A stretch of DNA of 64,000 nt from Betaproteobacteria bacterium (GTDB lineage: Bacteria > Pseudomonadota > Gammaproteobacteria > Burkholderiales > SG8-41): positions 5,575 through 69,574 of the forward strand of contig JBQTHU010000001.1 in the NCBI GenBank assembly GCA_052389535.1, read 5' to 3'. How positions within the stretch are numbered: the stretch's first letter is position 1; each line of letters starts with the position of its first letter. Shown piece by piece: positions 27,709-38,893 of the stretch. Made by a program: the position numbers and the translations under genes. The notes below the pieces were generated by a model, which made no database searches, was not told the DNA's origin, and worked only from the letters and a program-made list of their open reading frames with translations.

Positions 27709-28691
27709 TGTTCCGCAGGCTGGCGTACTTTACGGCGTGCTTCACCTTCATCGTCATCGTAGTCGGCGCCTACGTGCGCCTGGAGGACGCGGGGCTGGGA
27801 TGCCCTGACTGGCCCGGCTGTTACGGACAGCTCCTCGGCGTGCCGGAGCAGGAGCACGAGAGCGCGCGCGCGCGGGAGCAGTTCGAGCAGGCGGTGGACG
27901 TCGGGCGCGCACGCAAGGAGATGTTCCACCGTTATCTCGCCGGGACCCTGGGATTGCTGATACTGGCGATCGCCATACTGGCCTGGCGTGGACGGCGCGC
28001 GCTCCCGCATTCACCTTTCCTCGCCACGGCGCTGCTGCTGCTCGTCATCTTCCAGGCCGCGCTCGGCAAATGGACCGTGACGATGCTGCTGAAGCCGGTG
28101 ATCGTGACGCTGCATCTGCTGGGGGGGATGGCGACGCTCGGCCTGCTCGTATGGCTCGCGCTGCGCCATGCATCCTTGCATCCGGTCGAGCCTCCGGCGG
28201 GCGCTGCGCTGCGCGCCTGGGCCGCAATTGCGCTGGTGACGCTGGTCGTGCAGATCGCGCTCGGCGGATGGGTTTCGACCAACTACGCCGCGCTCGCGTG
28301 CGCGGATTTTCCGACGTGCAACGGCCGCTGGCTGCCCCCGATGGACTTCGAGCACGCGTTTCACCTTCTGCGCGAGCTGGGTGTCACCGCCGCCGGGATG
28401 CCGCTCTCGCAGGAGTCGCTCAACGCCATACAGTGGACCCATCGCGTCGGCGCGCTGGCGACACTCGTCGTAGTGGGTGGCGTGGCGGCCGCCGCGCTCC
28501 GCGCGCGGCGACTGAGCCGCTACGGCGTGCTGATCCTGATCCTGCTGGCGTTGCAGATCGGCCTGGGCATCGCCAATGTGCTGCTGCGCCTGCCGCTGGT
28601 TCTGGCGGTTGCGCACAACGCGGTCGCCGCGCTTTTGCTGGCCGCACTGGTGATGCTAAACTTCGCCCTTTCCGTGAAATCCCCGCGCTAA
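27699..28691 (+). CDS. ctaA: Heme A synthase (COX15/CtaA)
   Basis: [21 protein letters not shown].. and multiple TM helices with conserved His (HR.L, HLL, HRV, HNA). Confidence 0.9.
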   Translation: MALMFRRLAYFTACFTFIVIVVGAYVRLEDAGLGCPDWPGCYGQLLGVPEQEHESARAREQFEQAVDVGRARKEMFHRYLAGTLGLLILAIAILAWRGRRALPHSPFLATALLLLVIFQAALGKWTVTMLLKPVIVTLHLLGGMATLGLLVWLALRHASLHPVEPPAGAALRAWAAIALVTLVVQIALGGWVSTNYAALACADFPTCNGRWLPPMDFEHAFHLLRELGVTAAGMPLSQESLNAIQWTHRVGALATLVVVGGVAAAALRARRLSRYGVLILILLALQIGLGIANVLLRLPLVLAVAHNAVAALLLAALVMLNFALSVKSPR

Positions 28692-29584
28692 TGTCTTCGA
28701 GCGCAGTCCGTCCGTATTCCTCCTCGCGGGCCTACCAGTTCTACCAGCTCACCAAGCCGCGCGTTGTGTCGCTCATCGTCTTCACCGCGGTGATCGGCAT
28801 GTTCCTCGCGACACCCGGGATGGTGCCGCCGCAGGCGCTGCTGGCCGGGACGCTCGGCATCGCGTTGATCGCCGGGGCCGCGGCAGCGGTCAACTGCCTC
28901 GTGGAACAGAAGATCGATGCCGTCATGCTGCGCACGCGCGCCCGTCCGCTGCCGAGCGGCCAGCTCACCTCATTGCAGACGCTGATATTCGCCGGCGCAA
29001 TCGGCGGCATCGGGCTCGCGGTGCTGCACCACTGGGTAAATGCGCTTACCATGTGGCTTACCCTTGCCACCTTCATCGGTTACGCGATCGTTTATACCGT
29101 GATCCTCAAGCCGATGACGCCGCAGAACATCGTGATCGGTGGCGCGTCGGGCGCCATGCCGCCGGTGCTGGGGTGGACCGCCGTCACCGGAGAAATATCG
29201 GCCGACGCGCTGTTGCTGTTCCTCATCATCTTCGCCTGGACGCCGCCGCACTTCTGGTCGCTCGCGCTCTATCGCAAGCTCGACTATGCCAGGGCCGGGG
29301 TACCGATGCTGCCGGTGACGCACGGCGACCGTTTCACCCGGCTGCACGTGCTGCTCTACACGGTCATTCTGGTTGCGTGTTCTCTGGCGCCGTTCGCGAC
29401 CCGCATGAGCGGCGGGATCTATCTCGCAAGCGCGATGGCCCTGGGGGCGGCGTTTCTCTACTACGCGGTGAAGATCTACGTCGCGTACAGCGATGCGCTT
29501 GCGCGGCGCACTTTTCGTTATTCGATCTTCTACCTTACGGCGCTGTTTGCGGCGCTGCTCGTCGATCATTACGTCCGTTTCTAG
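28691..29584 (+). CDS. cyoE: Protoheme IX farnesyltransferase (heme O synthase)
   Basis: [50 protein letters not shown]. Its ATG overlaps the ctaA TAA. Confidence 0.95.
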   Translation: MSSSAVRPYSSSRAYQFYQLTKPRVVSLIVFTAVIGMFLATPGMVPPQALLAGTLGIALIAGAAAAVNCLVEQKIDAVMLRTRARPLPSGQLTSLQTLIFAGAIGGIGLAVLHHWVNALTMWLTLATFIGYAIVYTVILKPMTPQNIVIGGASGAMPPVLGWTAVTGEISADALLLFLIIFAWTPPHFWSLALYRKLDYARAGVPMLPVTHGDRFTRLHVLLYTVILVACSLAPFATRMSGGIYLASAMALGAAFLYYAVKIYVAYSDALARRTFRYSIFYLTALFAALLVDHYVRF

Positions 29585-29597
29585 CGCAGTAGCGGCA

Positions 29598-30200
29598 ATG
29601 CGGCGCGCGCTTGCGATCGGTGCGTTCGCGCTGGCCGCGATCGTTCTCGGCGGGTGCGGGGAGGCGAGCCGCCCGGCCTCGCCCAAGTTCCAGCTCACCG
29701 ACGTCACCAACGCACCGTTCGGCAAGGCGCTCGCGCTGAACGATCACCACGGAAAGCCGCGCACGCTGGAGGATTTTCGCGGCAAGGTAGTGGTGGTCTT
29801 CTTCGGCTTCATGCACTGTCCGGACGCGTGCCCGGCAACGCTCGCGGAACTGGCCCAGGTGGCCAAGGCGCTCGGGCCCGACGCGTCGAAGATGCAGGTG
29901 CTGTTCGTCACGGTGGACCCGGAGCGCGACAAGCCTGAATTGCTGCGGCAGTACGTGCCCTCGTTTAATCCGGATTTTCTAGGCCTGTACGGCGACGCGG
30001 CGGCGACCGCGCAAGCGGCGAAGGAGTTCAGGATTTTCTATCGGAAGCAGGCGCCGTCCGCCGGCGGGAGTTACTCCGTGGACCACTCGGCGGGCACCTA
30101 CGTGCTGGATCAGCAGGGAAGGCTCCGCCTCTACGCGCAGTACGGCGCGGGCGCATCCGCCCTGCTGCACGACATCCGCCTGCTCTTGCAGGGGGCATAA
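29598..30200 (+). CDS. SCO family copper chaperone (SenC/PrrC)
   Basis: Lipobox LGGC, CPDAC (CxxxC) and the downstream DHS histidine. Confidence 0.9.
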   Translation: MRRALAIGAFALAAIVLGGCGEASRPASPKFQLTDVTNAPFGKALALNDHHGKPRTLEDFRGKVVVVFFGFMHCPDACPATLAELAQVAKALGPDASKMQVLFVTVDPERDKPELLRQYVPSFNPDFLGLYGDAAATAQAAKEFRIFYRKQAPSAGGSYSVDHSAGTYVLDQQGRLRLYAQYGAGASALLHDIRLLLQGA

Positions 30201-30215
30201 CCGATCCGGGTACGG

Positions 30216-30243
30216 CAAAAGGCCCCGGCGGTTTGCCGGGGCC
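30216..30243 (-). terminator. Intrinsic terminator after rpoH (may also serve sco on the plus strand)
   Basis: GGCCCCGGC-GGTTT-GCCGGGGCC. A T-run (TTTTG) follows on the minus strand. Confidence 0.7.
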
Positions 30244-30272
30244 TCGTAGCTCGTCGCGCAGCGCGATGCCGC

Positions 30273-31124
30273 TCAGGCTGCTTCGGCGATCACGCCCTTC
30301 ATTTTCGACATCGCTTTCGCCTCGATCTGGCGGATGCGCTCCGCCGAGACGCCGAATTCCGCGGCGAGATGGTGAAGCGTGGCGTTTTTCTTGTCATTCA
30401 GCCAGCGCGCCTCGATGATGCGCCGGCTGCGGGCGTCGAGGCTGTTCAGCGCTTTCTCGAGCCCTTCGCCGCGCAACCGCGCCGTTTCCTCCTGCTCGAT
30501 GAGGCGGCCCGGTTCGGCGTCCTCGGCAGCAAGATACGCGATCGGGGCGTAGCTTTCTTCCTCTTCCTCTCCTGCGGGCTCGAGCGCGATGTCCTGCCCG
30601 CCAAGCCGCATCTCCATCTCCACGACTTCGTGCGTCTTGACGCCGAGCTGGTCTGCGACCGCCTTCACTTCCGCGGCTCCCATCGTGCCGAGATCCCGCT
30701 TGAGGCTGCGCAGGTTGAAGAAAAGCTTGCGCTGAGCCTTGGTGGTGGCCACCTTGACGATGCGCCAGTTGCGCAGAATGAACTCGTGGATCTCCGCCCG
30801 GATCCAGTGCACGGCAAAAGACACCAGGCGCACGCCCCGCTCGGGATCGAAGCGTTTTACCGCCTTCATGAGTCCGATGTTCCCTTCCTGGATCAGATCG
30901 GCCTGCGGCAGGCCATAGCCGGTGTAGCCGCGGGCGATGGCGACCACCACGCGCAGATGCGAGAGCACCAGGTGGCGCGCAGCGTCCAGGTCGTCGTCGC
31001 GACGGTAACGACGCGCGTACTCCACCTCCTGAGCCTGGGTCAGGAGAGGAAAGGTATTAACGGCCTGGATATAGTTCTCCAGGCTGCCGGTGACCGACGG
31101 TAGGGACAATGCAAAGCTCGTCAT
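30273..31124 (-). CDS. rpoH: RNA polymerase sigma-32 factor RpoH
   Basis: 283 aa with the RpoH box QRKLFFNLR and ..DLIQEGNIGLMKAVKRFDPERGVRLVSFAVHWIRAEI. Sits downstream of ftsYEX, as in E. coli. Confidence 0.95.
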   Translation of the reverse strand: MTSFALSLPSVTGSLENYIQAVNTFPLLTQAQEVEYARRYRRDDDLDAARHLVLSHLRVVVAIARGYTGYGLPQADLIQEGNIGLMKAVKRFDPERGVRLVSFAVHWIRAEIHEFILRNWRIVKVATTKAQRKLFFNLRSLKRDLGTMGAAEVKAVADQLGVKTHEVVEMEMRLGGQDIALEPAGEEEEESYAPIAYLAAEDAEPGRLIEQEETARLRGEGLEKALNSLDARSRRIIEARWLNDKKNATLHHLAAEFGVSAERIRQIEAKAMSKMKGVIAEAA

Positions 31125-31166
31125 CGATTGCCTCCCTTCAGGCGGATCAGTTTAGCACTCACGCTA

Positions 31167-31194
31167 TGAGAGTGCCAGAACGCCGTAAAGTTCC
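31167..31194 (-). promoter_or_regulatory. Sigma-E (RpoE/ECF02)-type promoter upstream of rpoH
   Basis: The minus strand reads GGAACTT (31194-31188), a 16-nt spacer, then TCTCA (31171-31167), compared with the consensus GGAACTT-N16-TCnnA. It lies about 43 nt upstream of the rpoH ATG, and a GGGAGG Shine-Dalgarno follows. Confidence 0.5.
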
Positions 31195-31242
31195 CCCGTA
31201 TGGGCAGCCGGCTGTCCATAAAACATAAGCTACAACAATTAC

Positions 31243-32160
31243 TTATGAAGATGCGACCCGATTCGCGGCGAGGTGCCGATTGACGGAAAGCCAGGCACCC
31301 AGCCATCCCAGGCCCGCCGCAAAGGCGAGCAGGCTCAGCCCGTCCTGCCCGCTCATCGGCGCCAGAGCGAGCGCGACGCCATATGCCCGGGACAGTTCAG
31401 CAAGGCTGCCGTTGAAAAGGTAAACGCCTCCCAACACAATTCCCCACGCCGTCATGCCACCCGCGATACCAATGAAGGCGCCGAAGTAGAGGAAGGGCCG
31501 CCGGATAAAAGGGTTGGTGGCGCCGAACAGCCGGCTTACCTCGATTTCGTCGCGTTGAGTGAGAACCTGGAGTCGGATGGTATTGAACGTCACTGCGATC
31601 AACGCGAAGCCGAGCAGCGCGCCGAGCAGCAGGACGACCACCTCTCCCAGGTAAAGCAGCGCATCCAGCCGTTGCGCCCACCGCGTATCCAGCTGGACGT
31701 GTTCGACGCCCGGCCAGCGCCTGATCTCATCGCGCAGCGCCTCGAGCGTTCTCGCGGACGGCTCCCTTGCGTCGATGACGAAGGTATCGGGCAGCGGGTT
31801 ACGCTCGAGGCTTTCGATCACCTCCGCGAGACCGCTGCTGGCTCGCAACTCCTTCAGCGCTTCACTCCTGGAGATGTAGCGGAGCTCTCGCACGCCGGGG
31901 TGCTTCTCGAGCCGCTGCTTGATGCGCGCGGCATCGGCGGCGGTCGCCTCGCGCGTGAGAAATACCGAGATCTGCGGCGCCGCCGAAGCCTGCCGGCTCA
32001 ACGCCTGCAGGTTGGACAGGACGACGTGGAGGCCCGCAGGAAAGGCGAGCGCCACGCCGATCACGATTGCGTTGAGCAGATTCGCCAGCGGGGAGCGCGT
32101 GAGCTTGCCGAGCGTCGCGCCGATCGTTCTCAAGTGCTGCGAGAGCCAGATCATGGTCAT
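31243..32160 (-). CDS. ftsX: Cell division ABC transporter permease FtsX
   Basis: 305 aa with four TM segments and a large periplasmic loop. Overlaps ftsE by 4 nt. Confidence 0.9.
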   Translation of the reverse strand: MTMIWLSQHLRTIGATLGKLTRSPLANLLNAIVIGVALAFPAGLHVVLSNLQALSRQASAAPQISVFLTREATAADAARIKQRLEKHPGVRELRYISRSEALKELRASSGLAEVIESLERNPLPDTFVIDAREPSARTLEALRDEIRRWPGVEHVQLDTRWAQRLDALLYLGEVVVLLLGALLGFALIAVTFNTIRLQVLTQRDEIEVSRLFGATNPFIRRPFLYFGAFIGIAGGMTAWGIVLGGVYLFNGSLAELSRAYGVALALAPMSGQDGLSLLAFAAGLGWLGAWLSVNRHLAANRVASS

Positions 32161-32831
32161 GCCGCCGCCGCGGCCGGCGTGGAGTCCAGCGCACCGCTGC
32201 GCAGTGCGATCACGCGCGGCTTGAGCCGCGCCGAGAGCTGTTGATCGTGCGTTGCGATGACGACGGTGACGCCGACCTGATTGAACGACCTGAAGAGGTC
32301 GCCGAGCTGCCCGCCATAATCCGCATCGAGGTTGCCGGTGGGCTCGTCGGCAAGCAGGATGGCGGGCCGGTGCACGATGGCGCGTGCGATCGCGAGCCGC
32401 TGCTGCTCGCCTCCCGACAATGTGATCGGAAACACTTTCTCCTTGGCGAGCAGCCCCACTTTGTCCAGCGCCGCGCGCACCCGCCGCGCGGCCTCGCGTC
32501 TTTCGTAGCCGATGATATGCAGCGGCAGGGCGACATTGTCGAACACGCTGCGGTCGAACAGCAGCTTGTGGTCCTGAAAGATCAGACCGAGATTGCGCCG
32601 CAGGAAGGGAATGGCGCGCGGCTTCAAGGCGCCCACGTTCTGGCCATTGACGAGCACCGTTCCGCTGGTTGGCCGCTCTATCGCGGCGACCAGCTTGAGC
32701 AGGGTGCTTTTGCCGGCGCCGGAGTGACCCGTGACGAACACCATTTCGCCGTCGGCGATGATGAACGAGATGTCTTTGAGCGCGTCGTAGCCCTGGGGAT
32801 AGCGCTTGCAGACCCGGCTGAACGAAATCAT
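32157..32831 (-). CDS. ftsE: Cell division ATP-binding protein FtsE
   Basis: Walker [13 protein letters not shown] signature LSGGEQQR, Walker [13 protein letters not shown]. Confidence 0.95.
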   Translation of the reverse strand: MISFSRVCKRYPQGYDALKDISFIIADGEMVFVTGHSGAGKSTLLKLVAAIERPTSGTVLVNGQNVGALKPRAIPFLRRNLGLIFQDHKLLFDRSVFDNVALPLHIIGYERREAARRVRAALDKVGLLAKEKVFPITLSGGEQQRLAIARAIVHRPAILLADEPTGNLDADYGGQLGDLFRSFNQVGVTVVIATHDQQLSARLKPRVIALRSGALDSTPAAAAA

Positions 32832-32869
32832 CCGCGGGGCAGGTGAGCCTATGGCGCGCCGCGCACGCT

Positions 32870-33817
32870 TCAGTCGAGCAGCGCGTCGACGAAGTCCTCC
32901 GCCGAGAACGGCCGGAGATCGTCCAGCGCTTCGCCGACGCCGATGAATCGCAGCGGGATGGGCTTCTGGCGCGCGATCGCGGCGATCACCCCGCCTTTCG
33001 CGGTGCCGTCGAGCTTGGTCAGCACGAGGCCGGTGACTCCCAGCGCGTCATCGAACGCCTTCACCTGGTTGAGCGCGTTCTGGCCGGTGTTGGCATCAAG
33101 CACCAGCAGCACCTCATGCGGTGCGCCCGGGAGCGCCTTGTCGATCACCCGTTTCACCTTTCTGATCTCTTCCATGAGATGAAGCTGCGTGGGCAGACGG
33201 CCGGCGGTGTCGGCCAGCACGACGTCGATGTTGCGTGCGAGGGCGGCGCCGATCGCATCGTAGATGACTGCAGCTGCGTCTCCTGACTGCTGAGCCACCA
33301 CCGCTACATTGTTGCGCTCGCCCCATGCCATGAGCTGCTCCCGCGCGGCGGCGCGAAAGGTGTCACCCGCCGCGAGCAGCACCTTCCGACCCTGCTGCTG
33401 ATAGTAGCTTGCGAGCTTCCCGATCGATGTGGTCTTGCCCGCGCCGTTCACACCGGCCAGCATGATGACGAACGGACGGTGCGCGCTGACGTCGAGCGGT
33501 AGCGCGATGGGGCTCAGCAGCTCGAGCAGCGCATCGCGCAGCGCGGATTTGAGCTGCGCGGCCTCGGTGAAGCGCTCGCGTCGGGCCCGCGCGCGCAGCG
33601 TTTCGAGCAGATGATTCGTCGCGGGCACGCCGACATCCGCCAGGAGCAGCACGGTCTCGAGTTCATCGTAGAATTCCTCGTCCAGCTTGCGCCCCGGGCC
33701 GAAAACGCCGGAAAGCTGCGTCCCGAGCTGCTGGCGCGTCCTGGCCAGCCCCTGCTTCAGCCGGTTGAACCAGCCGCCATCCCCGCTTTCGCCGCGGCTC
33801 TTCAGGAAACTTAACAT
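32870..33817 (-). CDS. ftsY: Signal recognition particle receptor FtsY
   Basis: Internal Met 33817 (MLSFLKSRGESG..). NG domain with GVNGAGKTTSIGKLA, DTAGR and TKLDGTAKGG. Confidence 0.9.
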   Translation of the reverse strand: MLSFLKSRGESGDGGWFNRLKQGLARTRQQLGTQLSGVFGPGRKLDEEFYDELETVLLLADVGVPATNHLLETLRARARRERFTEAAQLKSALRDALLELLSPIALPLDVSAHRPFVIMLAGVNGAGKTTSIGKLASYYQQQGRKVLLAAGDTFRAAAREQLMAWGERNNVAVVAQQSGDAAAVIYDAIGAALARNIDVVLADTAGRLPTQLHLMEEIRKVKRVIDKALPGAPHEVLLVLDANTGQNALNQVKAFDDALGVTGLVLTKLDGTAKGGVIAAIARQKPIPLRFIGVGEALDDLRPFSAEDFVDALLD

Positions 33818-33935
33818 GCTGAAAGTAGTCGGAAGCCCCGGAGGAAGGAAAGAAAACCGCGCTGCGCGCAGCAGCATTGCGCACAACGCAAACGGCTACA
33901 ATTCTACCCCAAACCTATTGCGTTCAATCGGAATC

Positions 33936-35327
33936 ATGATGCGTATCCATCAACTTGCGCGAATGCTCATCGGGACATTCGCTCTGAGCTTCATCGCTTC
34001 GAACGCCGCGGCAGCGGTCACGGAGGCGGTGGAGCATGCGCTCTCCAACGGGATGCGCGTCATCGTCAAGTCGGACCATCGGGCGCCGGTCGTCGTATCT
34101 ATGGTGTGGTACCGCGTTGGAAGCGTAGATGAAGTGAACGGCACGACAGGCGTCGCACACGTGCTGGAGCACATGATGTTCAAGGGCACCACGGAGGTGC
34201 CTTCGGGCGAGTTCTCGCGGATCATCGCCGCTGCAGGAGGCCGCGAGAACGCTTTCACCGGCCGCGATTACACCGGCTATTTCCAGATGCTGCACAAGTC
34301 GCAATTGCCGCTGGCGTTGCGGCTCGAGGCCGACCGCATGGTCAACATCGTGCTGTCGGAGGAAGAGTTCAAGCGGGAAGTCCGCGTGGTGATGGAGGAG
34401 CGGCGCTGGCGCACCGACGACCGGCCGCGCGCGCTGGTGTACGAGCGGCTCATGGCAACCGCGCTCATGGCGCACCCGTACCGCCACCCGGTCATCGGCT
34501 GGATGAGCGATATCGAGAGCATGCGGCTGGCAGACGCGCGCGCGTTCTACGAAACATGGTACGCGCCGAACAACGCGATACTGGTGGTGGTCGGCGATGT
34601 CAGACCCGAGGAGGTATTCAGGCTTGCCGAAGAGCACTTCGGCAAACTGAAACCCAAGGACCTGCCCCGGAGAAAACCACAGGAAGAGCCGCCCCAGCGC
34701 GGTCTCAAGCGCCTCACGGTGAAAGCGCCCGCGGAACTGCCGTACGTACTGATGGCTTTCCGTGTTCCTCCCCTGCGGGACCCGCAGCAGGACTGGGAGC
34801 CCTACGCGCTCGAGATGCTCGCCAACGTGCTGGACGGCAACGATGCCGCGCGGTTTCCCCGCACGCTCGTGCGCACCGAGCGGCTCGCCAATTCCGCGGG
34901 CGCGAGTTACGACGGCATCGGACGCGGTCCCGGCCTGTTCTATCTTGACGGCGTGCCGGGTGAGGGCAGGAACGCTGCGCAACTCGAGGAGGCATTGCGT
35001 CGCGAGGTTCGTCGGGTGGCCGAACAAGGCGTAACCGAGGATGAGCTGAAACGCATCCGGTCGCAGGTGATCGCCGCGCGCGTCTACCAGCGCGACTCGA
35101 TGTTCTTTCAGGCGCGTGAGATGGGCTCGATGGAAACGTCCGGCTTCTCCTACAAAACGCCGGACGTGATACTGGAAAAACTGAAGCAGGTAACCGCGGC
35201 GCAGGTGCAGGAAGTGGCGCGCAAATACTTTGGCGACGACCAGCTCACCGTCGCCTATCTCGATCCCCAACCGCTCGAAGGGCGCAAGCCATCCGCGCCC
35301 CCGCCGGGAGCGCGCCATGCACGTTGA
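33936..35327 (+). CDS. M16 (pitrilysin/insulinase) family zinc peptidase, active-type subunit
   Basis: Signal peptide then the HVLEHMMFKGT (HxxEH) zinc motif. Confidence 0.85.
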   Translation: MMRIHQLARMLIGTFALSFIASNAAAAVTEAVEHALSNGMRVIVKSDHRAPVVVSMVWYRVGSVDEVNGTTGVAHVLEHMMFKGTTEVPSGEFSRIIAAAGGRENAFTGRDYTGYFQMLHKSQLPLALRLEADRMVNIVLSEEEFKREVRVVMEERRWRTDDRPRALVYERLMATALMAHPYRHPVIGWMSDIESMRLADARAFYETWYAPNNAILVVVGDVRPEEVFRLAEEHFGKLKPKDLPRRKPQEEPPQRGLKRLTVKAPAELPYVLMAFRVPPLRDPQQDWEPYALEMLANVLDGNDAARFPRTLVRTERLANSAGASYDGIGRGPGLFYLDGVPGEGRNAAQLEEALRREVRRVAEQGVTEDELKRIRSQVIAARVYQRDSMFFQAREMGSMETSGFSYKTPDVILEKLKQVTAAQVQEVARKYFGDDQLTVAYLDPQPLEGRKPSAPPPGARHAR

Positions 35328-36663
35328 GCGCAGGGTGCGGTGGCTTATCGCTGTCGTGCTGTTCGCGGCAGCCGCTCCGGCACGCGCCATACTGCCGATA
35401 CAGCACTGGCAGACGCCGGGCGGGGCGCGCGTGTATTTCGTCGAGAACCACGATCTGCCGATGGTGGATATCAGCGTGGAGTTTCCGGCCGGCGCGGCAT
35501 ACGACCGCGACCGCACGTCCGGAGCGGCGAACATGACGCAGCGCTTGCTGCGGCTCGGTGCGGAGGGGATGAACGAGGACGAGATTGCGCGCGGGATTGC
35601 GGATGTCGGCGCCCAACTCGCCGGGAACTTCAATACCGATCGCGCCGGGCTGTCGCTCAGAACGCTCTCGAGCCGCGAGGAGCGCGCGCGGGCGCTGGAA
35701 ATCATGGCGCGGCTGCTGCAGCGGCCGGTGTTTCCCGAAGCCGTGCTGGAGCGCGAAAAGGCGCGGCTGATCGCGGCGCTCAAGGAAGCCGATACGCGGC
35801 CCGATACCATAGCCGGAAGGACGTTTCACCGCATGCTGTATCGGGATCACCCCTACGCCCATCGCAGCACCGGCGAGATCGAGACGGTGCAAAAGCTCAC
35901 CCGTCAGGATCTCGTCGAGTTCCACCGCCGCTACTATGTGGGCGACCGTGCAGTAGTGGCGATGGTCGGCGACCTGACGCGCATGGAAGCGGAGCGCATC
36001 GCCGAACAGCTCACCTCGGCCTTGCCCCGTGCAGGCGGTGCGCAGGCCGAGCTGCCGCCCGTCCCGCCCGTGCCCGCCGCGCAGACCACTATCATTCCGC
36101 ATCCGGCGACGCAGAGCCATATCGTGATCGGCGCGCCGGGCATCAGCCGGCACGATCCGGACTATTTCCCGCTCGTCGTGGGCAACCACATCCTGGGCGG
36201 CGGCGGCTTCGTGTCGCGGCTCACCGAGGAGGTTCGCAGCAGGCGCGGGCTCGCCTATTCGGCATACAGCTACTTCACGCCGTTGCTGCGCGCGGGACCG
36301 TTCGTGATCGGCCTGCAGACGGCGCGTGATCAGGCGCAGCAGGCGCTCGATGTCACGCGCGCAACGCTGCGCGAGTTTGTCGCACGCGGCCCGACAGAAG
36401 AGGAGCTCATCGCCGCCAAGAAAAACCTCATCGGCGGCTTTCCGCTGCGCATCGACAGCAACCGCGACATACACGGCTATCTCGCGATCATCGGCTTCTA
36501 CCGGCTGCCGCTCACCTATCTCGACGACTACATCAAGAACGTGGAAAAAGTGTCCGTGGCCGATATCCGCAGCGCGTTCTCGCGGCGCATCGACCCGGAC
36601 CGCATGGTGACGGTCGTCGTCGCCGGAGAAGCCTCTGGCACGGCCGCCGCCGCGCCGAATTAG
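35317..36663 (+). CDS. M16 family peptidase-like protein lacking the HxxEH motif (probable non-catalytic partner)
   Basis: Its ATG 35317 overlaps the upstream gene by 11 nt. It has the M16 fold pattern, but ANMTQRLL sits where HxxEH is expected. Confidence 0.8.
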   Translation: MHVERRVRWLIAVVLFAAAAPARAILPIQHWQTPGGARVYFVENHDLPMVDISVEFPAGAAYDRDRTSGAANMTQRLLRLGAEGMNEDEIARGIADVGAQLAGNFNTDRAGLSLRTLSSREERARALEIMARLLQRPVFPEAVLEREKARLIAALKEADTRPDTIAGRTFHRMLYRDHPYAHRSTGEIETVQKLTRQDLVEFHRRYYVGDRAVVAMVGDLTRMEAERIAEQLTSALPRAGGAQAELPPVPPVPAAQTTIIPHPATQSHIVIGAPGISRHDPDYFPLVVGNHILGGGGFVSRLTEEVRSRRGLAYSAYSYFTPLLRAGPFVIGLQTARDQAQQALDVTRATLREFVARGPTEEELIAAKKNLIGGFPLRIDSNRDIHGYLAIIGFYRLPLTYLDDYIKNVEKVSVADIRSAFSRRIDPDRMVTVVVAGEASGTAAAAPN

Positions 36664-36669
36664 GCGCTG

Positions 36670-38060
<1,391 letters not shown>

Positions 38061-38063
38061 CGC

Positions 38064-38879
38064 TCAACGCTGGCAGCGCGGGCAGTAAAACGTCGAGCGC
38101 TGCCCTTGGCGGATCGCGGCGATCGGCGTGTTGCAGCGCTGGCAGGGGATGCCTCCGCGGTCGTAGACCAGAAACTGGTTCTGGAACGAACCCGCCGTGC
38201 CGTCGCTGCCGACGTAATCGCGCAGCGAGCTGCCACCGGCGCCGATAGCGTGCTGCAGCGTCGCCCGTATCTGCTCCACCAGAAGCTGATAGCGCGCGCG
38301 GGAAAGGCGGTTTGCCGCCTGCCGCGGATTGATGCCGGCGCGGAACAGACTTTCGTTAGCATAGATGTTTCCCACACCGGCGACGACATGGCCATCCATC
38401 AGCACTTGCTTGACGGGCGCGCGCCGATTGCGCGTCGCCTGGTACAACCATTCCGCGCTGAATGACGCGTCGAACGGTTCCGGGCCCATCGCGGCCAGCA
38501 GCGCGTGACGCAGCGGGTCGCCGCGGGTCCACAGCACCAGCCCGAAGCGTCGCGGATCGCGCAGGCGCACGGTAGCGCCGCTTGCCATGACCAGGTCGAA
38601 GTGGTCATGGGCCTCGGGCGGCGTGCCGCGCTCGACCAGCCACAATCGGCCTGACATGCCAAGGTGCACGATGAGGGTGCCGGCACGGCAGGAAAAAAGC
38701 AGGTACTTTCCGCGGCGTTCCAGCGCGGAGACAGTCTCCCCGGCAACGGCACGCGGGAGACTGCGCGGAACCGGCAGGCGCAGGGCGCGATTGCGCACCA
38801 CCGCCGCGACGATCTTCTGGTCGACAACGATCGGGGCGAGCCCGCGGCGCGTGGTCTCGACTTCGGGAAGTTCGGGCAT
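38064..38879 (-). CDS. mutM: Formamidopyrimidine-DNA glycosylase
   Basis: MPELPEVETTRRGL.. and the C-terminal zinc finger CQRCNTPI..STFYCPRCQ. Confidence 0.95.
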   Translation of the reverse strand: MPELPEVETTRRGLAPIVVDQKIVAAVVRNRALRLPVPRSLPRAVAGETVSALERRGKYLLFSCRAGTLIVHLGMSGRLWLVERGTPPEAHDHFDLVMASGATVRLRDPRRFGLVLWTRGDPLRHALLAAMGPEPFDASFSAEWLYQATRNRRAPVKQVLMDGHVVAGVGNIYANESLFRAGINPRQAANRLSRARYQLLVEQIRATLQHAIGAGGSSLRDYVGSDGTAGSFQNQFLVYDRGGIPCQRCNTPIAAIRQGQRSTFYCPRCQR

Positions 38880-38893
38880 GGTGCGAGGCGCGC

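Noticed and set aside
31163-31178. A sigma-54-like -24/-12 element (CTGGCAC-N5-TAGC) upstream of rpoH.
   Set aside because: The GG/GC spacing is right, but the -12 region is TAGC rather than TTGC. The motif is also fully nested in the better-matching sigma-E-type promoter. I kept it only as a remark in that finding.
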